64,000 nt of DNA from Ginglymostoma cirratum (lineage: Eukaryota). The stretch lies in assembly GCA_024137785.1 (NCBI GenBank), contig JAHRHZ010000012.1, positions 72,130,958 through 72,194,957 on the forward strand. The letters run 5' to 3'. The translations under genes and the position numbers were made by a program. Each line of letters opens with the position of its first letter. Position 1 is the first letter of the stretch. The notes under the pieces are model-generated. The model had not been told where the DNA came from and did no database searches. It saw only the letters and a program-made list of their open reading frames with translations. Below, piece by piece: positions 51,701-64,000 of the stretch.

Positions 51701-54254
51701 ATATTCTTGTTAGGCTTTGAGGTGGGGGTAAAAGACCCTTTTATAATCCATTTGGAAAGGAATCAAACAGCTTAGTGGTGGGGGATGGGTATGCATGTGT
51801 GAAAACCGTTGGCTGTTAACGTGTGGGAGAAAGGTTTGAGCAGGCTGTCAGTAGGATTAATAACTTGCTGAGAGAAGCAAGAAGAACGACTTTTAGAATT
51901 AATTTGAGGTTGTTAGAACTGACGTTGGCACTTCTTAAAGTGAAATTAAAAAATTTGTGTGCTTCTCTCGCTCTTTACACTTTCTCTTCTGGGAATGGTT
52001 CTGAATAATACATGGATTCAAATAAAACCAAGCTTTCATATGTTGGGGAAACAAACAAAAACTTTTATGTCGTCTGTGCTTGGCTTAAGGCTTTTATGGA
52101 GATTATGGTGTACCCCTGGACCCAATAATGACTGAATGGAGGAATCCTTTCACACAAAACCCTTTTCCTCTGGAAATTTCTAGATTAGTTAGGCCTTCTA
52201 TTAACCAGCCAGGAAGCCTATTCATGCCAAATGTGTGCAAAAAATGCTTTTAAAGGGTACCTAACAAGAACAAGAATGAACAGAGCAGAGCATGCATGCT
52301 GCTGGGTTGGAATATGAAACAAAACTACTAAAGATCAGAACACAAACAGAAATATTGTGGTAATGAGAATTGAGAGGCTGTGTAATTGCTGATGTTTGAA
52401 TAATAACATCTAATTTTATATTATAATTTTAAAGAAGAAATAATGGACACAATATTCCTCTGTGCAGTTCCTAATATTGAACCCCCAGCTGACAAGTGGA
52501 CTCTTACTGGGGCATTTGGGTCTCACTGCCAGCTAAAGAGCCAATGGGAGAACATGCTGTCTCTTCCAAGGAAGGCCTGCTGAACCACATACCAAATAGG
52601 CAGTGGCAAGGTCACCTCTGGAATCAAGACCCCTGGGGAGAAGTTCTAAGCAGCAAGAGCTGCTGGTTAATCAGAGGGGAACAAACTGGGGCTCAGGAGA
52701 GCTGCAGATGAAGCTGAGGTTGGCCCAGAAGACCTCCTGCTGGAGTCCCAGGATCACTGAGGGGGTGGGATAAAGGTAAGTGATGGGGTGGGAAAGGTTT
52801 TCCCAGTTTGGGAGTTGTTGGGAGAGATGGACTTCCTGGTTTGGTGGTTGTGGGGAGAGGGAGATGAGGAAGCCATGTCGGTTTGAGGGATGATGGCTCC
52901 AGTAGGCAACCCTTGCCTGATTTTTTGCCTTCAATCAGGCATTGGTTAACTTTGATCAAGCACAACTCCCTGCCTGCCCTCTCATCTCAGAGGGCAAGCT
53001 ACCTTCAGGGTCGCAACGATTGGGAAGGTCACAAGAGGACAGAACTGCCTGCAACTCGGTCAGTCCCAAGCTGAGGCCCTTTAGTTGTTCTTAATTGGGA
53101 TTGGCAGTGAATTGGGAAAAATGGGCCTTTTTGCACAGAACATAATTCTAATGCAGGTTAATGGCAGTGGAGTTTGGGTACATCACCACCCTGCCTAATC
53201 ACCCTTCCTGCCTCCAAGCTCAACACCATAGGGAGCAAGTTATTCCACCCATAGGCCTCAATTTTATTAACATTGTCATTCAGATACTTAGGGCTTCCCC
53301 AGGTAAATGGTTCTATGAGTAATGCTCGCCAACAGCAGCCAGAAGGTTCTGAGGTAGGTGGCTAACCCGTAACTGCAAACTTCTCTAGCTTGCTGATATG
53401 CTGCCACCTCTGTTTCAGACAAATGACCATGTAAGTGATGCAAGTGGGATCGTGTTAATTAGTTGACACACTGACTTTGAGTGTATGCAGACAAGATTGA
53501 TGCAGTATAACATGGTTGCAGCACTCCATTTGTTATGAACAGTTCTTTGCTAAGTGTCCTTTATTGGTTTTAGTTCTATTTGGGATACCATGATACAGTT
53601 ATGCCTTTGAATGAGGAGGGATGATCTGGTATCCCTTGTTTACTTAACCCTTCGCTTAGTTGATTGCAATAAGGTCAATTTTTTTAAAAATCCCTTCTGT
53701 CACTTCTTCCCAACCCGAAAGTATTTATGTTTTAAGAGAAACCAATTTAGCCTGGCTTTCTTGGGTTAAAGAGAGAGTTTATTAGCAACGTAAAATGCAG
53801 GAAAAGATAATAAAACATGGCATACATACACCCAAATTAGAACAGGGTTGACTCCAAAAAATAGAAGTTAAGAAAAAAGGAATATACAGATGTGTCTTTA
53901 GCCTGTCTGTGACAAATAGATTGCAAAACATGGCAGCTTTAAATTGGATGGTTCCTGTCAATGCTAACCTTGGCAGTTGAGTGGTTGTTTGCAGATTCTT
54001 GGTTCTGAAAGGAGTTGGTCTAGTTTCCTTCACAATTATGTGCCTTGTCTTTGCTGAAAACTTGTTTGTAGCAATCAGAGAGGCTTTACATATTTTTACC
54101 TGCACACGCAGGGATGTCTACTGGGAGTTCTCAACTGTGGCCCTTCACAGGAAATGTTACCCTACTAGAACATAGAGACCAGGGGTTGTTGTTAGCTTTA
54201 ATACACTTTCTTGTGTATTTACGGCAGAGTAAAACACAAACATGTATTTCAAGT

Positions 54255-54565
54255 TTTCAAGAAGATTTGTAGCTCGGGTTGTGGATGAGGCTGTAGACTT
54301 GCTCGTCGAGCCATTGTGTTTGATTGCAGACGTTTCGTCACCCTGCTAAGTAACATTGTCAATGTGCCTCCAGTGAAGTGTCGGTGTTCTGTCCCACTTG
54401 TTATTTATGTGCCTTGGTTTGCATAAAAAGTGCAAACTGAGTCATGTGGATAACAAGCGGGACAGAACACCAATGCTTCACTGGAGCTGCATTGACATGT
54501 TACCTTGCAGACGTTTCATCACCCTGCTATCAAACCCAATGGCTCAGCGAGCATGTCTACAACAT
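54255..54565. mobile_element. Inverted pair of Penelope-like terminal repeats (second family) with a decayed hammerhead-like core
   Basis: tgtagacttgctcgtcgagccattg...cagtgaagtgtcggtgttctgtcccacttgttat is mirrored by ataacaagcgggacagaacaccaatgcttcactg...caatggctcagcgagcatgtctaca. The minus strand has ttgacaatgttacttagcagggtgacgaaacgtc. Confidence 0.75.
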
Positions 54566-54602
54566 CAAGCATGTTTTTTACCCAGAACTGTCTTCCTACT
54601 AT

Positions 54603-54686
54603 CCTACTATCTCTGAATCGATTTTAACTTCCTACTATCTCTGAATCGATTTTAACCCCCTACTATCTCTGAATCGATTTTAACCC
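54603..54686 (+). repeat. 28-bp tandem repeat, 3 copies
   Basis: cctactatctctgaatcgattttaac(tt/cc) at 54603, 54631 and 54659. Partial copies at 54595 and about 54719. Confidence 0.95.
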
Positions 54687-55004
54687 CACTGCGAAGCCAT
54701 TCTCCAGCATCGGCCATTCCTACTATCTCTGTCTTTCACCTCATTGTGTCTGCAGTCTGGAATACAGCCCGTAGGAGAGCACAGTTCAGTTTTTTTTGAA
54801 TAACATCTCTCCCTTTGATGTATGATTTCGGACAGTAACCTCAATACTCTTCAAGCATAACACTCCACGATTCCTTCTCAGGACTCAATGTAATCCACAC
54901 AGAGATCTCAGACATCCACTTAATTTACGTCCTCAGCCATCTTTTAGTTTGAACGTCTTTTTTTTAAAAATAATGTATGGTTGCATTTAAAAGTTAAATA
55001 TATA

Positions 55005-55286
55005 TGCGTGTGTGTATATATAGGAACCTCTTGAGTGAAGTGGCAGTGTGGGGATTGAGAAAAAAAGCATTACTGCTGGGCCCTCTTGGATGCAGTGGTA
55101 ATGTGGGGTGTTTAAATTTTGAAACAAGATGAATTAGGGGCCCCTCTTATTGTGCAGTGGCAGTGTCCCTACCCATGGACTGAGAGACCCAGGTTCAAGT
55201 CCCACCCACTCCAGAAGTGTGTAATAACATCTCTGAACATGTTGATTAGAAAAGTAGGTTAATAAAAAAATTATTAATGAATGAAA
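55005..55286 (+). mobile_element. tRNA-derived SINE with two extra partial head copies, flanked by a 16-bp direct repeat
   Basis: A-box-like gtgcagtggcag and B-box ggttcaagtcc (55193-55203), then an A-rich tail. aaaagttaaatatata occurs at 54989-55004 and 55287-55302. Confidence 0.7.
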
Positions 55287-58200
55287 AAAAGTTAAATATA
55301 TAAGCAATTCAGGGTTATGATCTGTTGTCATAATGCTGTCCAGCACCTATTTAAAGGCAGTGTGGGTGTCAGGCAAGGGAAGTGAAGAGGGGACCTGGAA
55401 TAGCAGGAAATTGATATAGATGAAATTTTGCAATGTTAAGGACAAGGCTGTATCTATTTATGCAAAAAGTTTGAGCTATGTTACAAGCTGCCATGAATTG
55501 GCATTGATTCAGTGTTGAAAATGATGGAATGATGGAAAGCTGATGGTGAAAAACAGGAACCTAAATGCTGGTGTTCATTCATCGGAAAGTTAACTCCTTT
55601 AGGTAACAATTGGAAAGGATTGTGAGACATGAATGTTTATTGCTTGACATCAAAGGAGACAATCCTCACTAAGATCTTTGTAGAGCTACCTCTTTTTTAT
55701 CTCCTGACAATTGCAAAATGTTGCTTGTGAAAGTTACCTTGGTTGGCAGATTATGCTAGTTTTTGTGGTGCATGTATAGCTGTCAAATGCTTGAGAACTA
55801 TACAATAATTGTTACTGATTTGTAACTCACTTCACAAAGTAGCTTTGCAAAACTTTTAGCCCTATGATTTGAAGTAATGAATGCCACAGTACTTACAGTT
55901 CTACCTGGGGATTAACACCTAGTCGTCAGGCATGGGTATGCCCATGCTGGCAGGTTGTTTCATTTTTTGACTTGGCTTTCCATTATTTCCTATAGAACTT
56001 AAAATATGATATAGCAAAGCAGCTGAGATTCTATGACTACTTCTCCATCCCCGGATATCTCTTGTCCAATGGAGCCAGACATTGGTTCGTTTAGTTTTTA
56101 ATCTGATAAAGGCCAATTGGCTGCCACACAGCAAATATTTATTCATGGCCTATCCCCTGCCAGCCTCTGAAATAGATTTGGAAATATGGTTCTTTTATGT
56201 AATCTAAGTACTTTTGAAGACAACATAAGGATCAATGTTTCTCAGCCTCACACTGAGCGGGAAGAATTTTTGCTTTGAAAATTGTAATGAATATATACCT
56301 CCGTGTTTCCCAAATTGACAGTGAAACCTTTATCTGGCCCGAACATGGGCAGTCCAGGCTCCTACTTGTTCCAAGGGATGTTGGGGCTGGGAGTTACTTT
56401 ATGAAGCACAGATTGGGTCCAATGGAATTTTGAGACAGTAACAGAGAGCGGGTACATGCATGCACACAATCCATTCATTTTAGAAGAGAGGGCTAACCAG
56501 TTGTCTTTAAGGGCCATGACAAAACCAGCTCAAAAAATGCTTTTGTTTACAATTTTTATAAGGCTAGGAGGTGCATGAATACCTTTAGTGGCTCCAAAGT
56601 AAATGGTGCCAGCCTGTGTAAGATGATGAATGTTCCTTCACCCCATAATTCTCTCCAATCCTTTTAGCACCCAACCTCCAGGTGAGCTGCATGAAAGAAC
56701 CATCAAAATTAGCCTCCTCACTTCAATCCTGATGTTGGTGAGCTGTCAAATTCAGTGATTGCAGCCCACCAATGAAATTAAGAGGTCTGATCATCTATCC
56801 CTTCAAATTGCACCAGTTCCTTTGTATGCTACAGGACACTTCTGCCGAAAATAAGCAGTTGCCTGGGCAATCTTGTGGTGGTCGTAACCCTTTGATTTTA
56901 CAACAGTGAATATACTTCTAAAAAGTGTACTCCATTGGCTGTAAAGTTCTTTTGGTTGCCCTGAGGTCATAAAAGGTCCAATAGATTTTTGCTCAGTTTG
57001 CAAATGTAGTGCATGTTGTAATATCTTTGCATATTTGCATTAACAAGGCATTGTTGTGTAAGCATTGGGATAATTGACAAAAATATATTCATCGTTGGGG
57101 TTTTGGATGACACATTGTTCATTCTCTGGAACACTATTTAAAAATCTCACCCAGACTGATTGAATGAAGGTATGTTGTGAGCTGTAATGCTTTTAAGAGA
57201 AAATAATTGTACAGTAGGTTCAACTAAAAACTGCACTCATTTGAATTTTTCAGTCTGAAACAAAAATACATGCTCTTCTAAAAATGGAAAATGTTACCAA
57301 TGTTTTTCTGAGGTTGGTCATTAAAGAATATTGATAGGGAATTCTTCGCTGTATCTGGACCACCACTGCCTTCTGAAAGGCATTTAAGATGGGCGACAAA
57401 TGTTGACCTTGTCAGAGATGCTCACATCCATTAAAGAATAAAAGAAAAAGAGCTTGAAGCTGTCTGTAGCTGTGTTCATTAGCATTTATATTTCTAACCC
57501 TGAACATAAAAGGTTGTACTTTTCACAAAATAAAAATTTAAAAATTACAACAGTCTAATCCCAGTCCAGGGATTTGGACACGGTCAGTCATCCATTGGGC
57601 TCGTAATAGTCAGGATGTCTGCATCACTGCAATTCCAGAGAGTAAGCCATGGCCGGTCCTGCAGGTCTAGTGCAAACAGTCAGGGGGGTGGTGGGTGGGA
57701 GGTTTTGGTAGACCAGTTGTGGAGCAGCAGACCGATCACTTGGGGTCTGGTTACTCTTCTGTCAGCTTGACATTCATGTAGGTTGTGGGGCAGGAGTGGT
57801 GTCAGTGCTGCAGATGTTTTTAGTTGAAGTCAAAGGGCGTTTATCAGAGAATACTGTTGTGTTTGGGAAGTTGGGGAAATCGATGGCGGGGATTGGAGGC
57901 AGCAACCTGGGGTGTAGAAGGAACATGAATGGTGAAGGGGGATAATTTGACGTAGAAGGAGGGGATGTGATACTACATGGGATGCCATGAGATATTGCAG
58001 CAGGGGTATTGACAGCAGTTAATACCACTGTGGCCTCAAGCGAGTCTTATACAGCATGTGGTGGGCAACACAAAGGTGTAGTGCTGGGTTTTGGGGTAAT
58101 GATGGGAGGCAATGATGACATAATTCCAGATAGTGTGTGGGAACACGTGAAGGATCGATATTGATGGGCTGCCCAAGGAATGCCAGGATGAGAGGGATAT

Positions 58201-58996
58201 TGTAGTTTGGGCAACTGTTGACTAGGCCTGAGTCCATGACTCATTGTGCCAACAGCAAACTGCTTGAATTAGCTTAAAAATTAGCATGGAAAGTGACAAA
58301 TGGCTGTAATCACACCTAGAATGGGAGGAGTCAGAGGTTTTTTTGTACTGCATGAGGGAGCATGCTCTATTTGAGAGTGATGTAAGGTCCTTAAAAGGGC
58401 AATTGTGCAAACCAGGCACTTTCACAATATGGGTAGAAGTAATCTGTAATTATAGCAATATTTATATGAAATATCTGCAGTGACCAATTGTGTGGGTTGC
58501 AAATGCTGGTCACAAGCAATTTTGACTATGACATTGGTCATTGCAGATTCATTCTTTGAAGCAAAAGCAATCACACTTGTCCTTAAAACCTTTGTGCCAT
58601 AAAAGGAAAAGACAGGCCAAGAACCTATGGGCTGCAAAGGTCATGGACTGATTTCCTCTCAACTTGTAACTATAAATAATCACCAACACCCTCTTATGTG
58701 CAATGATGCTTTTCAAAGGTGGGGCGTGAAGGTGGGAAGAAGAGGTCTCAGTACTCATAGAGCACTCTCAGTTTCTTGCTGTCTCGTTACAACAAGACTG
58801 CTGCTGCATTTCAGTTAAGGTCCTATGTCAAAGCTCTATGGAAAGGCATTCATGGCTTCTTTGTCAGAGTGCTCTATACCTCACTGTTTAGAGGACTATG
58901 CTAAACTTACACTGCGAATGCTGACTGTTCACATTACTAAGGACCTGTTTTTTATTTATATATATTCACCATGCAATTTTATTGCAAATGTGTCTA

Positions 58997-59900
58997 ATGG
59001 ATCCAGCCATGTGTGAGGGTTTGCATCCTGCTGTGGCCAAATGAAGGTGCGGAGAGATGGAGGAAGAGTCGATTTTCCAGAAAGTCAAGGACCAGGAACT
59101 ATCTCCAGTGGCTGCTGAACAGCCTCCACATGAAAAGGTTGCAACTGCAAGCACTCTTTGTCCGCACAGGAGGTCCACAGACTATCGCCCTCAATCCCAT
59201 TTTCTCTAGCTGAACGAGACACAGTGTTGGCACAGGCTAAGAATGTCCTACCGCTATCATGGAATTACACCAACTTTCTGGAGCAAGGCCCGTGACCTGA
59301 CAGGGTGAATGGCCATCCTTTCCCAGTGACCACCAAGATAACAGCTGCACTAAACTTTTATGCAACTGGCTGCTTCCAAGGATCCACTGAATATCTGTGT
59401 GGGATCTCTCGGTCCTTGACCTATAAACGTATTGAGTTTGTTAACAATGTAATTTGTGCAACACCATACCACTTGATTTCATTTCTACATGATGTGATCA
59501 GTGCTATGACCTGACAGTAGTCTTTTCCAGAAAACCTGGTTGCCCCCAAGTGTAGGGCACTGTAGACTGTGCATACGTGTACTTAAAGGACAGTTCATAA
59601 CACAGCTCAATTCATGAATAGGAAGGGGCTACATTTCAGTATTGCATCCTCGAAGTCTGCTCCAGATATACTGGAAGCTGTCATGATGCTTATATCCTCA
59701 AGGATTATTGTGCTTCTGCTGCTTTTGAAAGATAGGATGCTTTACAAAGATGGTTACTGACAGACACCCCCGTAACCGCACACTTTTATGTGCAACAAAG
59801 TCTCAGCTAAGCCAACTGCTTTACAAGGCTCTAAGATGCATTGGTTTATGGTTGCTCTCCCATGATGTATACATTGTAAGACAGTCAATACTTGACTTAG
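58997..59900 (+). pseudogene. PIF/Harbinger DDE transposase (HARBI1-like nuclease) remnant
   Basis: HPFPVTTKITAALNFYATGCFQGSTEYLCGISRS, then GCPQV*GTVDCAYV (decayed GFP.V.GAIDCTHV), NRKG and RYTGSCHDAYIL (decayed .PGS.HDA.I). Contains stops and frameshifts. Confidence 0.85.
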
Positions 59901-60152
59901 TGTACAGTTTGGCTTCAATCATGGCACCAGCCATAAACCCTGGGGGACCTCGGCAGTAGTGAGTATTTCCACCCATGTGGAATAGGAGATTTGATAAGAA
60001 GGTGCCATTGGGTTGTGCTACAACAATAATGAGGGGAGTTGAGTCAAATGGAGAACTCATTGCATGTCATGGAGAGAAACTCTTTGGGATATTTGCTAAA
60101 AATGACACTCATTTGATCTCTGGTAAGACGCTGCCCCTTGTCTCCTTTCAGC

Positions 60153-61699
60153 AATGTTTAAGTTAATTAGAGGAGCAGGAAAGAAGAGGATTCACAGAGA
60201 CAGGTATTCAGCAAAAACTCTTATATGAGCCATCAGCATTGTGAAGAAGGGCAGGCAAGAGAAAAACAAACAGTCAGACACAGAGCCAGATTTATTGGAG
60301 CTGACTGAAATTGGTTCTGCTGTACAACAGAGAAAGAAGCTGGCTGTTCAGCAAGTCTCTAGTAAGTGGTTAAGGTCTTTTCTATTTTTAAAGTTTAACA
60401 CAGAATACCAATTGGTAGTGAAGTTAATAAAATATATGAAAGGCAGCATTAGTAAGTAAATAGTCTAATTAAAAATCATAAGGATGGAAGTTCAGGTGAT
60501 GTGTCAAAGCTGCAGCATGTGGGAATTCATGGATACCTCTATGATCCAGAGCAAACACAACTGAAGTAAGCGTTTGAGGTTTGAGCAGCTTCACTTCAGA
60601 GTTTATGAGCTAGAGGTTAAACCGCAGACACTGCAACATGGAGGGGTAAAGTTACCTGGACTCTTTGTACCAGGAGGCAGTCACATGACTGAAAATAGGT
60701 TCTTTTAATTTGGTCAATGTTCAGGGACAGCAGGTATGAAGCAAATAAATGGACCCTGAGGCCAGGTGCACAGGAGTGTCAGCCTCTTCAATTGTCCAAT
60801 AGGTTTAAGATTCTCTCAGCTTGTTTGGATGACAGTGGGGGCTACAGGGCGGAAGACGAAATTGATCATGGCACCATGGTATAGGAAACGTTTAATTTGG
60901 AGAAGCAACGAAGAATGTAGTAGTAATAGATATGACGTAAAGAGAGGAAAATAGTGAAAGGGGAAATGAATGCCAGAGAATGGCAGGAAGGTGCACAGAG
61001 AGAAAAGAAAATCTCAGAATACACCAACAACTAAAATGTTACAAAGCTGACAAAAACAAAGCTAAAGGCATTGTGTCTGAATACACATGGTATTCATAAC
61101 AAAGTAAATAAATTGATAAAGCGCATTGAAATAAATAATTAGTGATCTGATAGCCATGAGGGAGACATAGCTTCAGGTTCCTGAATATTGAGGAGTGTAT
61201 GACATCCCAGAAAAATAGGAAGTTAGGTAAAACTGAAGAAATAATCCTATTAATCTAAGGTGGCATTTGTGCAATAATTAAAGGTTGGGTTTAGATGAGG
61301 ATTTGAATCTGTTTGGAGATGAGAATAGCAGCAGAAAGAAGTCACTAATGGGAGTAGTTTACATGCTCCCTAACAGTAGTGGCAGTATGACACAAAGTAT
61401 AAAGGAATAAATGTTTAAGTTAATTAGAGGAGCAGGGAAGAAGAGGGCTCACAGAGACAGGTATTCAGCAAAGACTGTTATACTAGTCATCAGTACTGCC
61501 CAAGAAGAGCAGGAAAGAAAAGAATAAACAGTCAGAGATAGAGCTAGATTTATTGGAGCTGACTGAAATTGGTTCTGCTGTATTACAGAGAAAGGAGCTG
61601 ACTGTTCAGTGAGTCTTTGGTTAGTGGTTAAGGTCTTTTCTATTTGTATATTTTATCACAGAATACCAATTGGTAGTGAAGTTAATAAAATGTATGAAA
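60153..61699 (+). repeat. Direct repeat of about 290 bp (60153-60441 and 61410-61699)
   Basis: aatgtttaagttaattagaggagcagg.aagaagagg..tcacagagacaggtattcagcaaa...cacagaataccaattggtagtgaagttaataaaat.tatgaaa occurs twice. Confidence 0.95.
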
Positions 61700-62330
61700 T
61701 CGTTAAATAGATTAATGCTGTGCATTTAGAAAAATGCAAGGTATTTGGGAAGAGTAGGCATGGTTTTGTCAGAGTGAAATCATGTTTAAGTGAATTGGAG
61801 TTCTTTGATGAAGTGACATGCACCGTGGATTTCCAAAAGACATCTCATAAGGTGCCGCATCAAAGAAAATTGAGGAAATTTAAAGCTTGCGGTATAAGGA
61901 TAACATATTAGTATAGAAAAATGATTGGCTAGATTACTGAAAATAGACAGTAAGCATAAATTTGATTGGTAGGATGTGTTGATACAATCACATAGAGATG
62001 TCAAATTTTTTTTTATAATTTACACCAATGACTTAGATGAAGGGAGTGAAGACATGATAGCTAAATCCATAGACGATGTTATAATAGATAGGAAACTATG
62101 GTGTGAAGAAGACATAAGGAAATTGCAGAACAATATACATAGCTTGGGAAAATGGGCAGAAATCTGGCAGATGGAATGTAATGTGGGGAAATGTAAAGTT
62201 TTTGACTTTGGCAGGAATAATAAAAAATGCAAAATTCCTAAGTACAGAAGGATTTAGGTGTTCTAGTGCATGAGTCATGAAATGTTAGTATGGAGATATA
62301 ACATGTAATTGAAAAGGCTAATAGTGTACC
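60153..62330 (+). mobile_element. Rearranged CR1 LINE: 5'UTR-like segment, ORF1/EN remnants, second copy of the 5' segment, then RT
   Basis: MEVQVMCQSCSMWEF (ORF1 zinc-finger start, 60484 onward), LNTHGIHNKVNKL (EN start), HLEKCKVFGKSRHGFVRVKSCL...DFQK and IYTNDLDEG...IAKSIDD...WQMECNVGKCKV. Confidence 0.85.
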
Positions 62331-62614
62331 AGAATTTCAGAATGCATAGGTCCTGATGAGTTTAATGACATGAATTTGATTCAACTTGTTTGTCCGGTAG
62401 AGGGGCGCAGCTGGGAAGACCAGATAAGAAGGAGAAAGAGAGAGATTGCAAGGTTTGTGGGTCAGCTGGACAATCTGAGTAGGCTGCATCAAATGCTGGG
62501 GGAGAAGATCAATTGATCATAGTATGAAGGAGAGTAAGGGCTGGTGGTATGACTGGTCAATCACAGGAAGAATGACAGCTCACTGCTAATCATTTTGAAT
62601 GACACTGACAAAGT

Positions 62615-63855
62615 GCCCCTTTTTTAATTCACTTCTGGGATGTAGTGTTACTGGATAGGTCAACAATTATGGCCCATCCTTAGTTGCCATTGAGAAAATG
62701 CTGGTGCCTTAAACTGCTGCTACACATTTCCTGTAGATATTCCCATCATGGGGAGATAGGAACATCCATAACCCATGAAGAAAACTTTTAAAATGCAGTT
62801 CAGGAGGGAATTGCAGGATTTTGATCCAGCAACATCAAAGGAATGGTGATGTATTTTCAAATCAAGGTAGTGAGCAGCTTGGAGGGGAACTTGCAGGTTG
62901 TAGTGTTCATTGTATTTACTGCCTTTTCCCTTCTAGTTGGTAGTGGTCTGCTTATGGAAGGTGCTATATAAGTAGCCTTGGTGAATTTCTACAGTGTATC
63001 TTGTAGATGGTAGGCACTGCTTGAACTGAACAGCTATGGTAGTTGGAGCAAATGTTTGTGGATGTGGCGCCAGTGAAGCAGGTGTGGCATGGTGGCTCAG
63101 TGGTTAGCACTGCTATCTCACAGTACCAGGGACCCGGGTTTGATTCCACCCTTGGGCAACTGTCTATATGGAGTTTGCACATTCTCCTCACGTCTGTGTA
63201 GGTTTCCTCTGGGTGCCCTGGTTTCCTTCCACAATACAAAGATGTGCAGGTTAGGTGGATCCGCCATGCTAAATTGCCCATAGTGTCCAGGGATGTGCAG
63301 ACTATGTGGATTAGCCAGAGGAAATGCAGGGTTACAGAGATAGGGTAGGGGGCTGAGTTTGAGTGGTATGCTGTTCGGAGGACCGATGTGGACGCAATGG
63401 GCTGAATGGCCTGCTTTCACACTGTTGGGACTCTATGATTCCTTGTCCTGGATGGTGTCAAACGTCTTGAGTATAATTGGAGCTGAACTCATTCATGCAA
63501 GTGGGAGCATATCATCACAATCCTGACTTGTGCCTCATAGATGGCGAACAGCCTCGGGGTGGGGGGGGGTCACGAGTTAAGTTATCCACTACACGATTTG
63601 TAGCCTCTAACATGCTCTTGCAGCCACAGTATTTATATGACTAAGTCAGTTTCTGGTCCATCGTAAACCCAGGATGCTGACAGTGGGAGTTTTATAATGA
63701 TTATGGTGTTTTACGTGAAGGGATGATGGTTAGCTTTTGTCTTCTTGGAGATGGTCATTGTCTGGCACTTGCGTGGCATGAATGTTATTGCTACCTGACA
63801 GCCCAAACCTGGATTTTGTTCGGGCCTTGTTTCATTTGGGCATTGACTGCATGAA
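62615..63855 (-). mobile_element. CR1-clade LINE 3' portion, interrupted by a SINE
   Basis: Same family as 19786-20650 (atcttgtagatgg, tcctggatggtgtc, tgacttgtgcc, ttggagatggtcattg). 3' tail at ttttttaattcacttctgggatgt. Confidence 0.85.
63081..63440 (+). mobile_element. HE1-type (V-SINE) tRNA-derived SINE, full length
   Basis: ggcatggtggctcagtggttagcactg (A box), gggtttgattcc (B box), V-domain tggagtttgcacattctcc...gggtgccctggtttccttccaca, and a CR1-like tail gggctgaatggcctgctttcac. Confidence 0.92.
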
Positions 63856-64000
63856 AGCTTCTGCTCCTCCTGGCTCACAGCAGTGTTGAAAAATATGTTT
63901 ACCTATTTGCATGCGTAATTCTCACCTTCATCCAAATGCCACATTTACACGAGCATGAAAATCCCAACCTGCTGCGGCCAAATTCATCTAGCTGTTAAAA

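Noticed and set aside
54603-54686. 28-bp repeats as a CRISPR-like array
   Set aside because: The copies are head-to-tail with no spacers, there are no cas genes, and the context is a vertebrate intron.
59305-59514. Host HARBI1 gene
   Set aside because: In-frame stops and frameshifts surround the catalytic motifs, so this is a transposon relic.
63081-63160. tRNA gene (also at 55140-55210)
   Set aside because: The A/B boxes run directly into SINE body and tail, and no complete cloverleaf is evident.

Overview
Eukaryotic, AT-rich, repeat-dense genomic DNA from a cartilaginous fish. The repeat complement (HE1/V-SINE, SacSINE1-like SINEs, shark CR1 LINEs, palindromic Penelope-derived elements) suggests an orectolobiform shark, but that is inference. 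The whole window lies inside a + strand neurotrophin receptor gene, best matching NTRK2/TrkB. Six phase-compatible GT-AG coding exons (4980-5116, 5546-5681, 7416-7718, 12348-12380, 15296-15399, 24907-25006) encode Ig1, the ligand-binding Ig2 (d5), the juxtamembrane region and the transmembrane helix ending ...HSKFGMK-G. The remaining 39 kb is the start of the very long post-TM intron; I found neither the canonical T1 exon nor the kinase-path exon. The introns carry many decayed CR1 LINEs, an RT-deleted Gypsy element with a chimeric 3' LTR, a Harbinger transposase remnant, SINEs, about ten Penelope-derived palindromes or half-copies (several with hammerhead-like cores), and several local duplications. 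I see no intact novel protein system. The best leads are a possible recursive splice site at the 33-nt microexon, the hammerhead-like palindromes and a candidate RFX/SOX/homeobox enhancer.
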